Positions 8,029-20,300 of a DNA stretch of 39,070 nucleotides are shown here, one piece after another (position 1 is the first letter of the stretch; each line of letters opens with the position of its first letter). The stretch lies in the IMG/VR virus record IMGVR_UViG_3300046103_002580, positions 1 to 39,070 of that record. The stretch is one strand, 5' to 3'. A program made the position numbers and the translations under genes. Origin of the DNA: a virus. Its lineage: Duplodnaviria > Caudoviricetes. A model generated the notes under the pieces. That model did not search any database and was not told the DNA's origin. It worked only from the letters and a program-made list of their open reading frames with translations.

Positions 8029-8442
8029 TTACTTTCTTAATCCTTTATGATTGTCAATTCTATCTAGGATTTTATTAAGCTCATCTGTTTTTATCAGCCC
8101 TGCCATAGAAGCATTCTTTAAAGCACTTATAATTTGAAGTACCATAAAAGGAACTACAATTACCTCGGATAGCCAACCTGTACCTGCAAAACCTTTTTCT
8201 ATCATAAGAATAACGGTCAGGATGGCTAACCATGTAAATGTATTCTTTGTTATTCTTAAAGCTTTATATGTTTTAAACCCTTCTCTTTTACAGCCAGCCC
8301 ATACTCCAAAAATACCATCTAACCATAATATTGAACAAACCGCCAAGTATTGCTCCATGTTTTCCATTGATAAATCAAAAAAGTACGTACATAAGTACGT
8401 GCAAAATGCTGTTATGCTCACTAATAAAAGTTTAGTTGTCAT
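8029..8442 (-). CDS. Putative holin (phage holin 4-like)
   Basis: 137 aa, 3-4 hydrophobic segments, LDGIFGV..., ISALKNASMAG, charged C-terminus. Confidence 0.7.
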   Translation of the reverse strand: MTTKLLLVSITAFCTYLCTYFFDLSMENMEQYLAVCSILWLDGIFGVWAGCKREGFKTYKALRITKNTFTWLAILTVILMIEKGFAGTGWLSEVIVVPFMVLQIISALKNASMAGLIKTDELNKILDRIDNHKGLRK

Positions 8443-8457
8443 TTGTCTTTGTATCCT

Positions 8458-8476
8458 ATATAATAATATACGTTAT
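8458..8476 (-). promoter_or_regulatory. Putative promoter upstream of the holin (GTATATTA motif)
   Basis: Minus strand TAACGTATATTATTATAT about 20 nt before the ATG. Confidence 0.45.
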
Positions 8477-8483
8477 TTAAATG

Positions 8484-8511
8484 AAAACTCCCAGGTTTTA
8501 CTGAGAGTTTT
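8484..8511 (-). terminator. Intrinsic terminator after the 1947-aa gene
   Basis: Minus strand AAAACTCTCAG-TAAAAC-CTGGGAGTTTT, an 11-bp stem with one G-U pair, a few nt after the stop codon. Confidence 0.7.
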
Positions 8512-8517
8512 ATTAAA

Positions 8518-11500
8518 TTATTTACCAGCCATAAAAGTTTGCTCTTTTATTAAATTTTGCCATTTTTGAATACTATATAAAATTGGCAATGCATCACTCC
8601 AAGCTTTATTTACTTTTAATTTTCCTTTATTAGGTTTGTTTTGATAAACATAATCTTTATCAGCATAAAATTCATCTTTGCTATAGTAAATATATCCTGC
8701 TGGTGTCCAGATAGATAAACTTAAAGCTTCACCTAATTCACCCAATGTTCTAGTTGTTGCAATTGGAGACTTAGCCATTTGATAAATTTGAGTCCATGAG
8801 TCTGTAGAAAGCGGCATAAATAAAACTAATTCTTTATAAAGTCTGTCACCTTGATATCTTGTTAAATGTTTTAATCTTTTTTCAGTGTCACTGTCATCAT
8901 CATCTCCTGATAAAACGCTATCCATAAGAGTATTTATTAAACTTACAGTTAAAATAATACTTATTTCACCCATTGTTCTATAAACCCCAAAAAGTTTATT
9001 TGCTCCTCTTTGTTCAGCAAACCCACCACCTTCATCTGTAGTTATTTTTTTAAATCCTGCACCATACTTTCTTATGTCTCTGTTACCTGCCCAAATTTGT
9101 TGTTTAACATAAGCTGCAAATTGCCAAGCAGATTTATATCTACCTTCCATCCAGCCTAAATTCTCATCAAAATATTCAGATTGAAATCTTGATCTAATTG
9201 CCGGTGCTACCCATTTATGAAATTGAGCAGCCAAGTTACCTAATACAGTACTTTGAATTACCATTCTATCTTCAGCAGCATAGTTACCATGAATTTGTTT
9301 ATTTACTTCACGTATTTTATTTCTAAAAGCATATCTCCACTTATCACTGTACTCTTCTCTTGTTCCATCTCTATTAACAACTGTTGTAAAACCTTCAGCT
9401 AATTCTAAATTATGAGATTTATTTTTAAAAGTAAACGCATCATACAAAGACATTGTTTCATTTGTTGTTTCATTTATTATATTAGTATCCATTAACATTG
9501 CAATACCAACTTTAGTCTGTACATTGTATTCTGCTGCGTCTTGAAGTACATAACCCCAAGCTTTAAATCTTTCCCATAATCCTTTTTGATCATTTTTTCT
9601 AGATGTTTCACGTATATCTGTTGAATCATCCATCATTCTAAATAAATCTACAAAAGCCTCATATTTGTTATTAGCTTTATCTGGATCATAATCTGATTTA
9701 CTAACACCTAATAAACCCAATGTTGCAATATCTGTTATATCTGCTAAACCACTTCCGGTTCTTTGTATAATTGCGGGTAAAGCTATAGTGTTATACGCTT
9801 TACTTGCTCTAAAATAATTCTTTTTAGAAAAAAATCTACTTCCAAGCATTTCTATATTATTGTTAATTCTACCCATAAGGTAGTTATTAAAGTTACCAAA
9901 AGGATTAAATGCCACATATGCTAAAGATGATGCAGATATTAATGAGTTTGCAATTTTTTCAGCAGCACCTTGACTAATTAACTCATTATCATAATAAACC
10001 ATTGATAAGTACTTACGTGCTCTTTTTAATGTATTAGAATCACCAGAACTTTCTTTAGTAAAACCAACTTTTTTAAGCAAACCTGCTGAAGTACGTCCAA
10101 ATAAATTTGTTTTTTTATCTGAAGGTCTAAACTCTTTATTTTCTATAACTCTTACAATTGCAGATAAGGTATCTTCTATTTGACCCATTACTTCATAGTG
10201 TTCAGCCATAGCACTAAACTTAATTAAACTTGATCCTAAATCGGAACTAATTTCTCCTACTGAAGGCTGAACTCTTAATTTTGCAATTCTACCTTCTATG
10301 ATGGCTTTTTTTCCTCTATATTTTTCAGGAGACATAGTCCCTTTTTTGTATTCATTATTTAATATTGTAAGTTCAGCTTCAGCAGCCTCCAAAGCCCCTT
10401 CAACTCTAGGGTTTCCTGTAAAATATACAGGCATAGAGTTCATAAAGTTTCCATTCTCATCAAGTAATACAGTTTTTTCTGTAGCTGTTTCAACAGTTAA
10501 ATTTTTTACTGATCTAACCGTATTAGCATACATTTTAGTAAACACATTAGATTTATTTTTTAAATCATCTAATAAGTTATCTCTAACAACAGGTACTTTT
10601 CCTAACATTTGTTCTCTAGTCCTATCATCTAGCATTTCTAACAGTTCTTTTTCATAATATTTTACAAATATTTCATAGAATTCTCTTTGTGCAATTGACA
10701 AAGCATCTGTTTTACTTGGATCAAATATAGCTTTATATTTTTCACTACGCATATCTTGTCCTTGTGATCCATCTTCATTAACTGTAAACGTATTTATAAC
10801 TCTATATTTTGGTTTAGGAAATCTACCTTTTTCTTGTTTTTGCACTACCCCTGTTGGTTCCCCACCTGCATATTTTGCTTTATTATATCTTGTAAAATCA
10901 AAATGTTTCATTTCCCATGCATCATACACAGCATCTTTTATTCCACCTTTTCTACTCCAATATCCAAAAGTATCTTTATTTATCCACTCTTCATACTTTC
11001 TTCTTTCTTGTAAAAACTCATCTGTATAACTATGATATTCACCGTCTATTCTATTTCCGTTTTCATCTGATCTTTCAGCGCTCCAAAATTTAGAACTTTT
11101 TTGTTTTTTTAATGCTAAATTAATATTATAATCTATATCTTCTTGTGATGCAGTAAATAAATCTGTTACATCTCTGTATTGATATCTAAAACCATTAATG
11201 TCATATTGCTCTTGGTGTAATTCAAATTGTTTATCAGTATATAAGCTACCAATTTCTTTTACATATGCACCTGTTCTGTTACCTTCTGAATCAAATACAT
11301 GCATGAAATCATATATTTGATTTTTACTACCTCCATCTAATTTTAATAATTTATTTGCTATAGTACTAACTACATTTTCTCTATAACTAATCCTATCTAA
11401 AAGAATTTGTTTTTGTTCTTTATATATTTTATCAATTACCGCAAGTAATGTACTTGTTGATGTAGCTAAATCTCTAGTTTGCAGTTGTGGTAAACTGATA

Positions 11501-14361
11501 TCATTACCTATTGTAAGCTCATCTATTAAGTCTTGTTCTGTAAATCCACTTCCTTCAACACCAAATTTTTTGTTAGATCTACTTCTAACAACTTCTTTTA
11601 CATAACTAAATATAGCATTGTTTACTAAACCTTCTCTTCCAGATCTTAATCTTTTTGAACCAACAAGTTTATTTAATTCTAATTCTAATTTTAATACTAA
11701 TGTTTTTTGTGTTGCATTTAAATCTTTAGAATCGTTTATAGCATATAAACTATCATATGTAGATAAAAACCTATTAAAATTTAAAACATAACTAATAAAT
11801 TCACGTTTAGTAACATTATCTGGATCTGTTATATAAGCTGTAAACTCTCTTATATCTTTTAATGCATCACTTAATAATGCAGAATACACTCTTGATTGTT
11901 CATTAGGACCTCTGTTCATCCCCTGGTTAATGTAAAGTAAAGTTCTAGCAATTTTATCTTGTTTTTCTTGCTTAGTTTTACTACTGAATACTTTACTTGT
12001 ATTTAAAGTTCCTTTTTGAGATTCTGATAAAGCCAATGAATAAGATTCTAAGGCTCCAAATATTGTATTTAATGCAGGTTGTTCTTTGGCATCCACAGTT
12101 TTTGGAACCTCCCCCATTGCTTCTGTATCTTTATCACCTCTGTATGGTGAGTTTTCCTTATCTTTTAAAGCATCTTCCATTTTCTGCTTATTAAGATTGT
12201 CTTTAATAGAAGGAATGAGCATATCTACATATAAACCATTATTACTTGGTTTAGTTTCTGTGTGATCATAACTTCCTTCAAACTTCCAGCTACCTAAATA
12301 TTTTTGTTCTTTACCTTTTCCTTTTATATCCATTTGAATATGAAATGTAGAAGCAGAAAAATCACCTTCATAAACATCATATCCCATATTTTCAAACATT
12401 CTTCTGTAAAGATTTACTTGCAAATTATGCTGTCCATTTGTTGATAGCATTTTTACACCTTTTTGTCTTAGCCTACTATCTGCAGGTAAATCCCAATTTC
12501 TTTCTTTATATGTATTAGCTTTTCTAAATCCAGTAATAGTAGGTTTTCTAAATGTATCGTATATAGAATTTTTACTAGTCTTTAAATCTAATATTCTAAT
12601 TTTACCATCTGAATCTATAATTATTAAATCCGCAGTACCAGCTAATTTTGTTGCTTTATCAAATACAACAACTTGAGATAATGCAATACTATCATGCGGC
12701 ATCAAACCTCTTATAACCACTTGCATTCTATTATATGCATCTATAGCTTGCTCTTCAGTAAACATTTTCATATCTTTTAGAGCATCACCAACTTTTTCTT
12801 TAGATACAATTGCATCTACAATCCTATCTAAATCATTACCTAAATTTAAATTTAATTCAACTGATTCTAGTTTTTTTATATCTGCTTGTTTTTCTTCTGC
12901 AATTTTCTTGTCCCATTTTTTTATAGCATCTTTACGTGCTTGCCCTTTAAGGTTTTGTATAGCTTCTTCTTTAGCTATTATTGCTTCTCCTTCTTTATTA
13001 GTAAGTTGACCTTTTATTGCTGTAGTTGCAGACAAATACGCTTCTCCGTTAAGTAAATCCATATATGTATGTGATTCTTCATCAAATATCATTAATGTAT
13101 CTGAACCATTAGGATTTGCAACACCTGCAGATAATGTATCTATAGGTTTACCTGTAGCATGTTTACCAACGTGCATAAGTTTATCTACTATTTCAATCTG
13201 TATTCCATTAGCTCCGTCTTTAGCTGCATCAATAACTCTTTGTTTTTCTGGAGTATATGAATATTTTACCCTTAAACCTTCACGTAAGTTTAATTTAAAA
13301 TCAATATCCTTTGTGTTTAATAATTTAGCTATATCACTAAAATTTGTGTTAGGGTTAATTTTGTAAAGAGGTATTGTCCCTCCAGTAATAAGCATATGAT
13401 AGTCGCTTATTATTGACTTAAACCATTCTAAAGCTTGCATAATTAAATCTACAAGAGTTCTTGTAGGTTTAGTTTCATATTCTTTTTTAAAATATCTAGC
13501 TAAAGTTTGAGTAACTAATTCTAAATTTCTATCATTATCATTAAACCTTAACTTATCACTGTATGCAGCATTAATTTCTACATTTAATTCAGGAAAATTA
13601 AGTTTAGCTTCTGCTAGTAATTTATTATACAATTCTACATTATCTAATTTTATAGCATCTATAAATGGATGTAATATTTCTTCTATAGCAATTTCATTTG
13701 TAACTCTGCCTTTAACTAATATGACTTTGCCATTATGATAAAATGAATTTACATTTTTAAAATCTTTAAGTCTTTTAATTGGGGTTATTTCTTTATGTAT
13801 AGCCTCTGCTTCTTTAAGAGATTTTATTTCTATAACTAACTGAGGAAATAATTTGCTTAAATGATCAATGACTGATATAGCTCTGGTATCATCCCAACCT
13901 CTTGTTTTAGGTAACATATCTTGAGGTCTTAAAATAGAAGAATTAATAGATACTTTATAAGTAAGATTGTCTCTACCTCTTTCTATATTTACTACATTGC
14001 TGGGTATGTTATTAATTTTTAAATATCCTTGGATTAAATTTGCATGATATTTAACTGCAGCTTGATTACCTTCCCATTGCCCTTTAAAAGTTCTTTTGAT
14101 TAATAAAGTATCACCATAAGTAACAATAAGACCTTTATCTTTTAAGTTTTTTAAAACGCTTGTTCCAAAATCTTTTTGCTTTAAAGAATATGCAGTCTTA
14201 GCTTTTTTATTATATTCTGCAGCTTCAGTAACTGTAGGAATTGCATCACTACTTTTAGTTTTTTGCCAGCGGTTAATTATATTATTTGTTGCTATTTCAG
14301 TTTTGTATACTGATTGCAATGCTTTATATTCTGCTGTATTTTTATTAGGACACTTAGCCAT
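8518..14361 (-). CDS. Large putative virion/ejected protein with degenerate zincin-like and PD-(D/E)xK nuclease domains
   Basis: 1947 aa directly downstream of the RNAP gene; EEILHPF (13669-13683); LAGTADLIII..DGKIRILDLKTS...QVNLY; hydrophobic helix near the C-terminus. Confidence 0.75.
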   Translation of the reverse strand: MAKCPNKNTAEYKALQSVYKTEIATNNIINRWQKTKSSDAIPTVTEAAEYNKKAKTAYSLKQKDFGTSVLKNLKDKGLIVTYGDTLLIKRTFKGQWEGNQAAVKYHANLIQGYLKINNIPSNVVNIERGRDNLTYKVSINSSILRPQDMLPKTRGWDDTRAISVIDHLSKLFPQLVIEIKSLKEAEAIHKEITPIKRLKDFKNVNSFYHNGKVILVKGRVTNEIAIEEILHPFIDAIKLDNVELYNKLLAEAKLNFPELNVEINAAYSDKLRFNDNDRNLELVTQTLARYFKKEYETKPTRTLVDLIMQALEWFKSIISDYHMLITGGTIPLYKINPNTNFSDIAKLLNTKDIDFKLNLREGLRVKYSYTPEKQRVIDAAKDGANGIQIEIVDKLMHVGKHATGKPIDTLSAGVANPNGSDTLMIFDEESHTYMDLLNGEAYLSATTAIKGQLTNKEGEAIIAKEEAIQNLKGQARKDAIKKWDKKIAEEKQADIKKLESVELNLNLGNDLDRIVDAIVSKEKVGDALKDMKMFTEEQAIDAYNRMQVVIRGLMPHDSIALSQVVVFDKATKLAGTADLIIIDSDGKIRILDLKTSKNSIYDTFRKPTITGFRKANTYKERNWDLPADSRLRQKGVKMLSTNGQHNLQVNLYRRMFENMGYDVYEGDFSASTFHIQMDIKGKGKEQKYLGSWKFEGSYDHTETKPSNNGLYVDMLIPSIKDNLNKQKMEDALKDKENSPYRGDKDTEAMGEVPKTVDAKEQPALNTIFGALESYSLALSESQKGTLNTSKVFSSKTKQEKQDKIARTLLYINQGMNRGPNEQSRVYSALLSDALKDIREFTAYITDPDNVTKREFISYVLNFNRFLSTYDSLYAINDSKDLNATQKTLVLKLELELNKLVGSKRLRSGREGLVNNAIFSYVKEVVRSRSNKKFGVEGSGFTEQDLIDELTIGNDISLPQLQTRDLATSTSTLLAVIDKIYKEQKQILLDRISYRENVVSTIANKLLKLDGGSKNQIYDFMHVFDSEGNRTGAYVKEIGSLYTDKQFELHQEQYDINGFRYQYRDVTDLFTASQEDIDYNINLALKKQKSSKFWSAERSDENGNRIDGEYHSYTDEFLQERRKYEEWINKDTFGYWSRKGGIKDAVYDAWEMKHFDFTRYNKAKYAGGEPTGVVQKQEKGRFPKPKYRVINTFTVNEDGSQGQDMRSEKYKAIFDPSKTDALSIAQREFYEIFVKYYEKELLEMLDDRTREQMLGKVPVVRDNLLDDLKNKSNVFTKMYANTVRSVKNLTVETATEKTVLLDENGNFMNSMPVYFTGNPRVEGALEAAEAELTILNNEYKKGTMSPEKYRGKKAIIEGRIAKLRVQPSVGEISSDLGSSLIKFSAMAEHYEVMGQIEDTLSAIVRVIENKEFRPSDKKTNLFGRTSAGLLKKVGFTKESSGDSNTLKRARKYLSMVYYDNELISQGAAEKIANSLISASSLAYVAFNPFGNFNNYLMGRINNNIEMLGSRFFSKKNYFRASKAYNTIALPAIIQRTGSGLADITDIATLGLLGVSKSDYDPDKANNKYEAFVDLFRMMDDSTDIRETSRKNDQKGLWERFKAWGYVLQDAAEYNVQTKVGIAMLMDTNIINETTNETMSLYDAFTFKNKSHNLELAEGFTTVVNRDGTREEYSDKWRYAFRNKIREVNKQIHGNYAAEDRMVIQSTVLGNLAAQFHKWVAPAIRSRFQSEYFDENLGWMEGRYKSAWQFAAYVKQQIWAGNRDIRKYGAGFKKITTDEGGGFAEQRGANKLFGVYRTMGEISIILTVSLINTLMDSVLSGDDDDSDTEKRLKHLTRYQGDRLYKELVLFMPLSTDSWTQIYQMAKSPIATTRTLGELGEALSLSIWTPAGYIYYSKDEFYADKDYVYQNKPNKGKLKVNKAWSDALPILYSIQKWQNLIKEQTFMAGK

Positions 14362-14373
14362 AGTTTATTAATA

Positions 14374-17300
14374 TTATAGTATACAATTGTTTATTTCATC
14401 TATAAAAACTTCTTCGGCAGTTTTATTATCTGTTGCATCAAATATGTATCCACCATCTTCAAAAGCTTTTATCATTTTACTAATTGGATAAAGCTTTTGT
14501 TCACGCAATTTAGCCTTTTTATCTGGAAAAGGTTCTATTTGTGCATCCCAATAATTTTCTATTGCTGCATTAGTACCTAACTCATCTTGTAAATCAGCCA
14601 TTAATTCTGCTTCTAAATCTGTAGCACCTTCCATAGTTAATTCTAATTCTAACTCTTTAGCATCTTGAAGTGCAAAGTTTGTTTCTGTATTATTATTTAC
14701 ATCAACCTCACTAGTTTGTTCTGATCTAGATTTTATTTCATTAGATTCTACCTTTTCTAAAGCTGCAATTGTTGCTCTTATTTCTATATCTATTTTATCT
14801 TGCGTAAGTAAATTTCTATAGTCCATTAGCTTTCCACCAAATTGAGCTACTTGACTTTCTTCAAATGCCCAATAAACTTCTTTATCATTATTGTCTATAT
14901 GATCTTGTTCGTGTAATACTAAGAATGCATTAATAGCCAAGTTAGAGTTTAATATATTTGCAATCCTGTCAATAGACCAATCCTGCTTTGCCATTTGCTC
15001 TAATACTTTTGCTTTTTGTGCAGATGATTCACCGGGAACATTACCCATAAAATAATCAAAAAAGATTTTTTTATTATCACCTTTTAACAAAGGGTTAATT
15101 GTTATTTTAGTTCCGTCTGTTTGTGCAAATCTTTTAGAACCATCAGGGTTTTTTAAATTTTTATTTACAGAATACTTAGGCATTTCTAATGACCCAACAG
15201 GAGCTTTGATTTTATCTTTTAATTCTGTTGGGGTATTCCCATCTAATAAAACTTTAGTTCCTGTTACACCTACAACAGCGCTAACATCTGCATTTTTTAA
15301 AGCTTCTTCTAATTGTTGTTCTAGAATTTCCTGCATTTCAGAATTACTATTGTCATCATCTAAAGTAAAGTTATCTTCTTTGCTAAAATCTTTTCCTGTA
15401 TTTTTATTATAAACTGTATTCCTTACTTCTTTATAAGTAGGTCTTTCACCAAACATAAAACCAATTCCGTTTTGTTGATTAGAACCATATGTATCTACAA
15501 TGTTAAAAACAGCTTTTTCGTCATTGCTTAATTCTGAACTACGGATGTATGTTTCATATATTGGTGTTTGCCCTGGAACCGCATATAAATATCTTACATA
15601 TAATAAATCAATTATTTTTGGATTTTTATTTAACTCTATAGATAAAACATCATCTTTTATTGTTAAACCTTCTGTTTTACTTCCAACTGTGTTTAATAAA
15701 GCATTATTTACATGTGATGTTAAATAACCATTTGTAAATTCGTCAGTAAGCTCAGACATAGTTAAACCAAACACTTCTTGCATTCTTGTATCAGACCCAT
15801 TACGTAAAGCTGTATTAGCAGTTTCTATATGACTTAAGTAACCATTCATGGTAAATGGACTAATTGCATCAATTAAAGTACCATAGGCAAGCTGTAATCC
15901 ATCTTTAACCATTAGGTAATTAATTATTGATAATGCATCATCCCTCATTTCAACAGAACCATACAGTTTAGCAAATGATGTTTGCAAATCAACCTTTTGT
16001 AATTTGTTTAAACTTCTAAAACTATTTGACTCTACAAGATTTAATCCTGTATTATTATTTGGATTATCATATTGATTAATTACAGCAAATGCTTCTAAAA
16101 AGAAATTATCTTTTCCCATTTCTGTGTTACGCATTTTTTCTACTAAATCACCTATTGATTCTAAATCAGATTTATAAATAAGATCATTGTTTAATGTTGC
16201 AATATTTTGACCTTTCTTTTGAAAAGCTTTAATTGTTATGTATGATAATAAATCTCTAGATATTTTTGATGTAGTTTCTTCAGAATATCCTGAACCTTCT
16301 GTGTTTACATTTACTAAAAGATTATCAAGTATACTTTGAAATTGTGGACTTGCCGTTAAGAATGTAGTTGGTAATAATTCATTACGTATTTCATTAAATA
16401 TTTCTAAGTATTTTGATTGCCAAGTATCTGAATAAAATATACTTGATAAATCCATTATAGCTTTTTTAGGATCAAAAAGTACATCTATTTGATTTGCTTT
16501 TTCATTAATTGCAGCCATGTCTCTACCTAAACCCTGTGTTAAATTTGATACAGCTCTCATGTTACCAGTAAAATCTGCTATTGAATTCCCTGATTGGAAC
16601 ATTTTAAGTATGGAAAACTTAACTGTGTTTTCTATATTTTCCGGATCTTTTATTGCATCAATCAACATTTGAGATGTTACAGGTACAGATTTAATTTTAT
16701 CTCCATTTGGATTTAATTCTTCCAACTGAGCTGCTACTAAAGCTTTAACCCCTGGATCCATTTTATTTTTTTTGTTTAAAGCTTCACTATATATACCTTG
16801 AATAACCGGATTGTTTATTAAAAGTAATGATGTACCAATTGGTACACCTAATGCTGTTAAGTTTGCTACTAATCCTAATGCTGATTTATTTAAACCAAGT
16901 TTAGCAACTAATCTTTCTTTTGCATTATCTGTAGCCATTGTAATAAGAGAAGATATAATATCTTGTTTTCTTAAGCCAAGAGTACCATCACTTAATTTTT
17001 CTCTTAACACACCGAAGTCATTATATATAACTCCATCAATTTTAAATATTGGTGCCTTATCATTTAATTTAATTCCATACTCTGTAAGAAGACTTAAGTA
17101 TTGGTTTGGTAAAACAATTGCACCAATAGCAGCGCCTTTATTAGCTCTAAAAGCTTTTATCTTACCTAATATATTATCAATATCAATATTATCTTCTCTT
17201 GATCTTTCTGTTAATGGAGATGTTTCATTTTCTAATTTTGTTATTTCTTGTAAAACTTTCCATTCATCTTCAAGAATATCTAGTGCAGCAGGTGTATAAG

Positions 17301-20300
17301 ATATAGGTGTTTCACCTGTTTTAGATTCTGTTACACCTCTATTACCCATTAGTGCATACTTATAATCTAAAATTTTATTGTTTAATGCAGCTTCATATGA
17401 TTCACCTCTTTCTTTTACATAAGTACTATATTGCTCTTTAGATATTGGTAGACCTAACATTTCAAGAGATGTAATTGCATCTTCATAGCTTCTACCTAAA
17501 TCTTTAATTGCTTTTATTGCAGATGAGTTACTTACTTTTATAGCTTGCTGATCATTATTATAAAGCTTTAATGCATCATTATATATAGAACCACTTTTGT
17601 TTACATTTTCTTTTACGTATTCTATATAATCATTATACTGTTCATCTAATGTTTTACCTTTACCATACTCAATAAATTTATTATTTTTTACATACCATTG
17701 TTTAATTTGAGCATACACTTTATCAATATCAAAATCCGCTCCTGATATTTCTACAAGTTCTCTTGCAAACATAGCAACTGATCCATAAATAGCTGGTAAA
17801 AAATCTACGTATTTAGCATTGACTGTTGAATGATTATCCTGAGAAGGTATACGTATTGCAAACAATTTAGATATAACTTCAGGCATTGGTTCATTACTAT
17901 TCTCTATTAGATCCATAATAGATTGAAAATGAGCAGGCATTAGCATTTCTGTATATCTCTCTCCTGTTTCATTACCTTTACTATCATATGCTTTAACACC
18001 AGATCTTAACCTATCTTGTATTACAACAAAGCCGCCTTTAGGAATCTCAACTTGAGACCATGTTGGTTCAGCAGTTGTGTCTAATCCATTTGACGGTTCT
18101 TGTATAGAGGGTTTGTTTTTCATGTTTTTCCAAACATTTTCTCTAATAATTTCTGAACGATCAGGTATACCATTTTCATCAAAACTATATACTTTTCTAT
18201 AAACACCAACACCAAAATCAGAAACTAAAGCTAAAGAGTGGCCAGGCAATCTTTCTGATAATACACCTTTACTTAAATAAGTAAGAAACAAACCTTCAAA
18301 TTTATTTATTGTAATAGGGTTATTTAAATCATATTTTTGCTCTCCATTTTCTGTAGCAAAAAACTCTAATAAATTACTACTAGTATCAGATGCTTTTAAA
18401 CCTTCCTCAGCATATTTTAAAAATGCTGTTAAATTAGGTGTAATCTTATTAGTTTTTCTAGATATGTTTAATTCATCCATTAAACCAATTGTTCCATCTT
18501 GTTTTTTAAATGTATAAACTAAATTTCTTTTATTTTTAAATTTAAATTCTACTCTTCTTCCAGTAGCTTTATTGTATTCTTTTCTTATTTGACCAACAGT
18601 TAATCCTAATGCTTCTACAAACACATCATCTGATTGTTCGGATGTAATAATGTTTTTAATTTGTGTAGGATCTATAATTTCTTTTTTGTTAGAAGGCATT
18701 TCTACTTGCAATCCTAAATTTTTAGCACTTAAGTCTGTTGCTTTATTTGTAAACCTATCAGAGTTTCCTAACTCACTTAAATCTGTAACATCTTGCTTAA
18801 GCATTTTAAATGCACTCATTGGTGCTGCTATAGCTATTGAATTATTTTCTTGCTCTTCTGCTTCTAGTTTTACTCTTAAATTATGAAGTTTAATCATATT
18901 AGGTTTTGGAACCCATATTGGTGGTTTTGTTGGATCAGTTTCTATATTGTCTGATGTAAGTTGTGGAAGTAAAACAAAAGCAGACATTTTTATAAAAGTT
19001 CTACCATCAGCATAAACCAACTTACGTGAGTTTACCATTGATCCGTTGTTTGCATATCCGTTACTACCAAATATTTCTTCAGAAGTAATTTTTTTTCTTG
19101 ACTTAAGCTCTGCAGGATTTTGATATTTTAATGGATCAATAAATACTTGACCATCGTTTTCAATCTCATCTAATAATGCAGCTTGCAATGGAGTAAGTTT
19201 ACCAAATCCAAATTCACTATATCTAAAACCTTTTGTAGTATAATAGAGTTGTGCATCTGCTTCTTCAATATCTTTGTTTTCGCCTAAAGAAGATTTACCA
19301 ATTGGTTCATCTAATACAAAACTACTTATTTTTTCATTTGTATGATTAATACCTAACTCTGGCGCTACAATAGCACTATAAGCACTTACTGTAGCTGCGT
19401 TTTGTGCTTTAGCTCTTTTAATAGCATCAACACCATTTTTTAATGTTACTGCTTGATCACCTAATAATACTTCATTTAATGATTTTGTATTAACCCAATC
19501 ATTAAAAAATATTTGTTTTAAATTATGATCTGCGTTATCAATTAAGTTTAATAATTCTGCCGCCTCAGCAAAATTATTTGCAACATCTAAACCATTTTTT
19601 ATACTGTTGCTAAGTTCTTCTGATATATTTAAATTTACCAACTCTTGTTTAAATTGATCAAACTGACTTTCTAATAAACTATTAAGATCTAATTTAAGAT
19701 CAGTTCTAGTCATATTAATTTCATCAAGAGCTTGGTTTAAAGTAACATTACCTCTATTTGCAATTTCTTCTAATTGTGTTTTAACTGTATCAATTAATAG
19801 TGTTGCTGAGTTATGAAGTTTAAATGCTCTAGCTGGTAGGGCATTTCCTTTTTCATCTGTACCTTCTATATTATATCCTATTACACTTCTGGCTGTTCTT
19901 CTTCCTTCTGTGTTTCTTTCCCTTACTATACGGTCAAATTCTGTTTCAATAGAATCTACAAATATATTTAATGTAGCATCTGTTATATTAGTTACACCAT
20001 TTTTAGTTTCCACTGCGCGTAATACAGGCATGTATGACATATCTCCTGTATTAGATGATTCTAATACTCTAAGTAAAGAAGGAGCAAGAGCAACCTTAAC
20101 TTCTTCATTAAATTGATTTATGTATTCAACAAAAGAATCTAACCTTCCAGATTTAGTATTTACTAAAGCAGTGTAAGAGTTTACTAATGTTAATGCAAAT
20201 TCTTGTGGTGTAAAATTACCATACGTTTCTCTTTTAATTAAACTTGAAATTGATGCGTTTATTTCTTCTTCTGATTGGTTTAATTGTCCCACTGCAGTTC

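Noticed and set aside
12300-13100. Cas4 gene indicating a CRISPR system
   Set aside because: No Fe-S cysteine cluster, other cas genes or array; it is a domain within a large structural-region protein.
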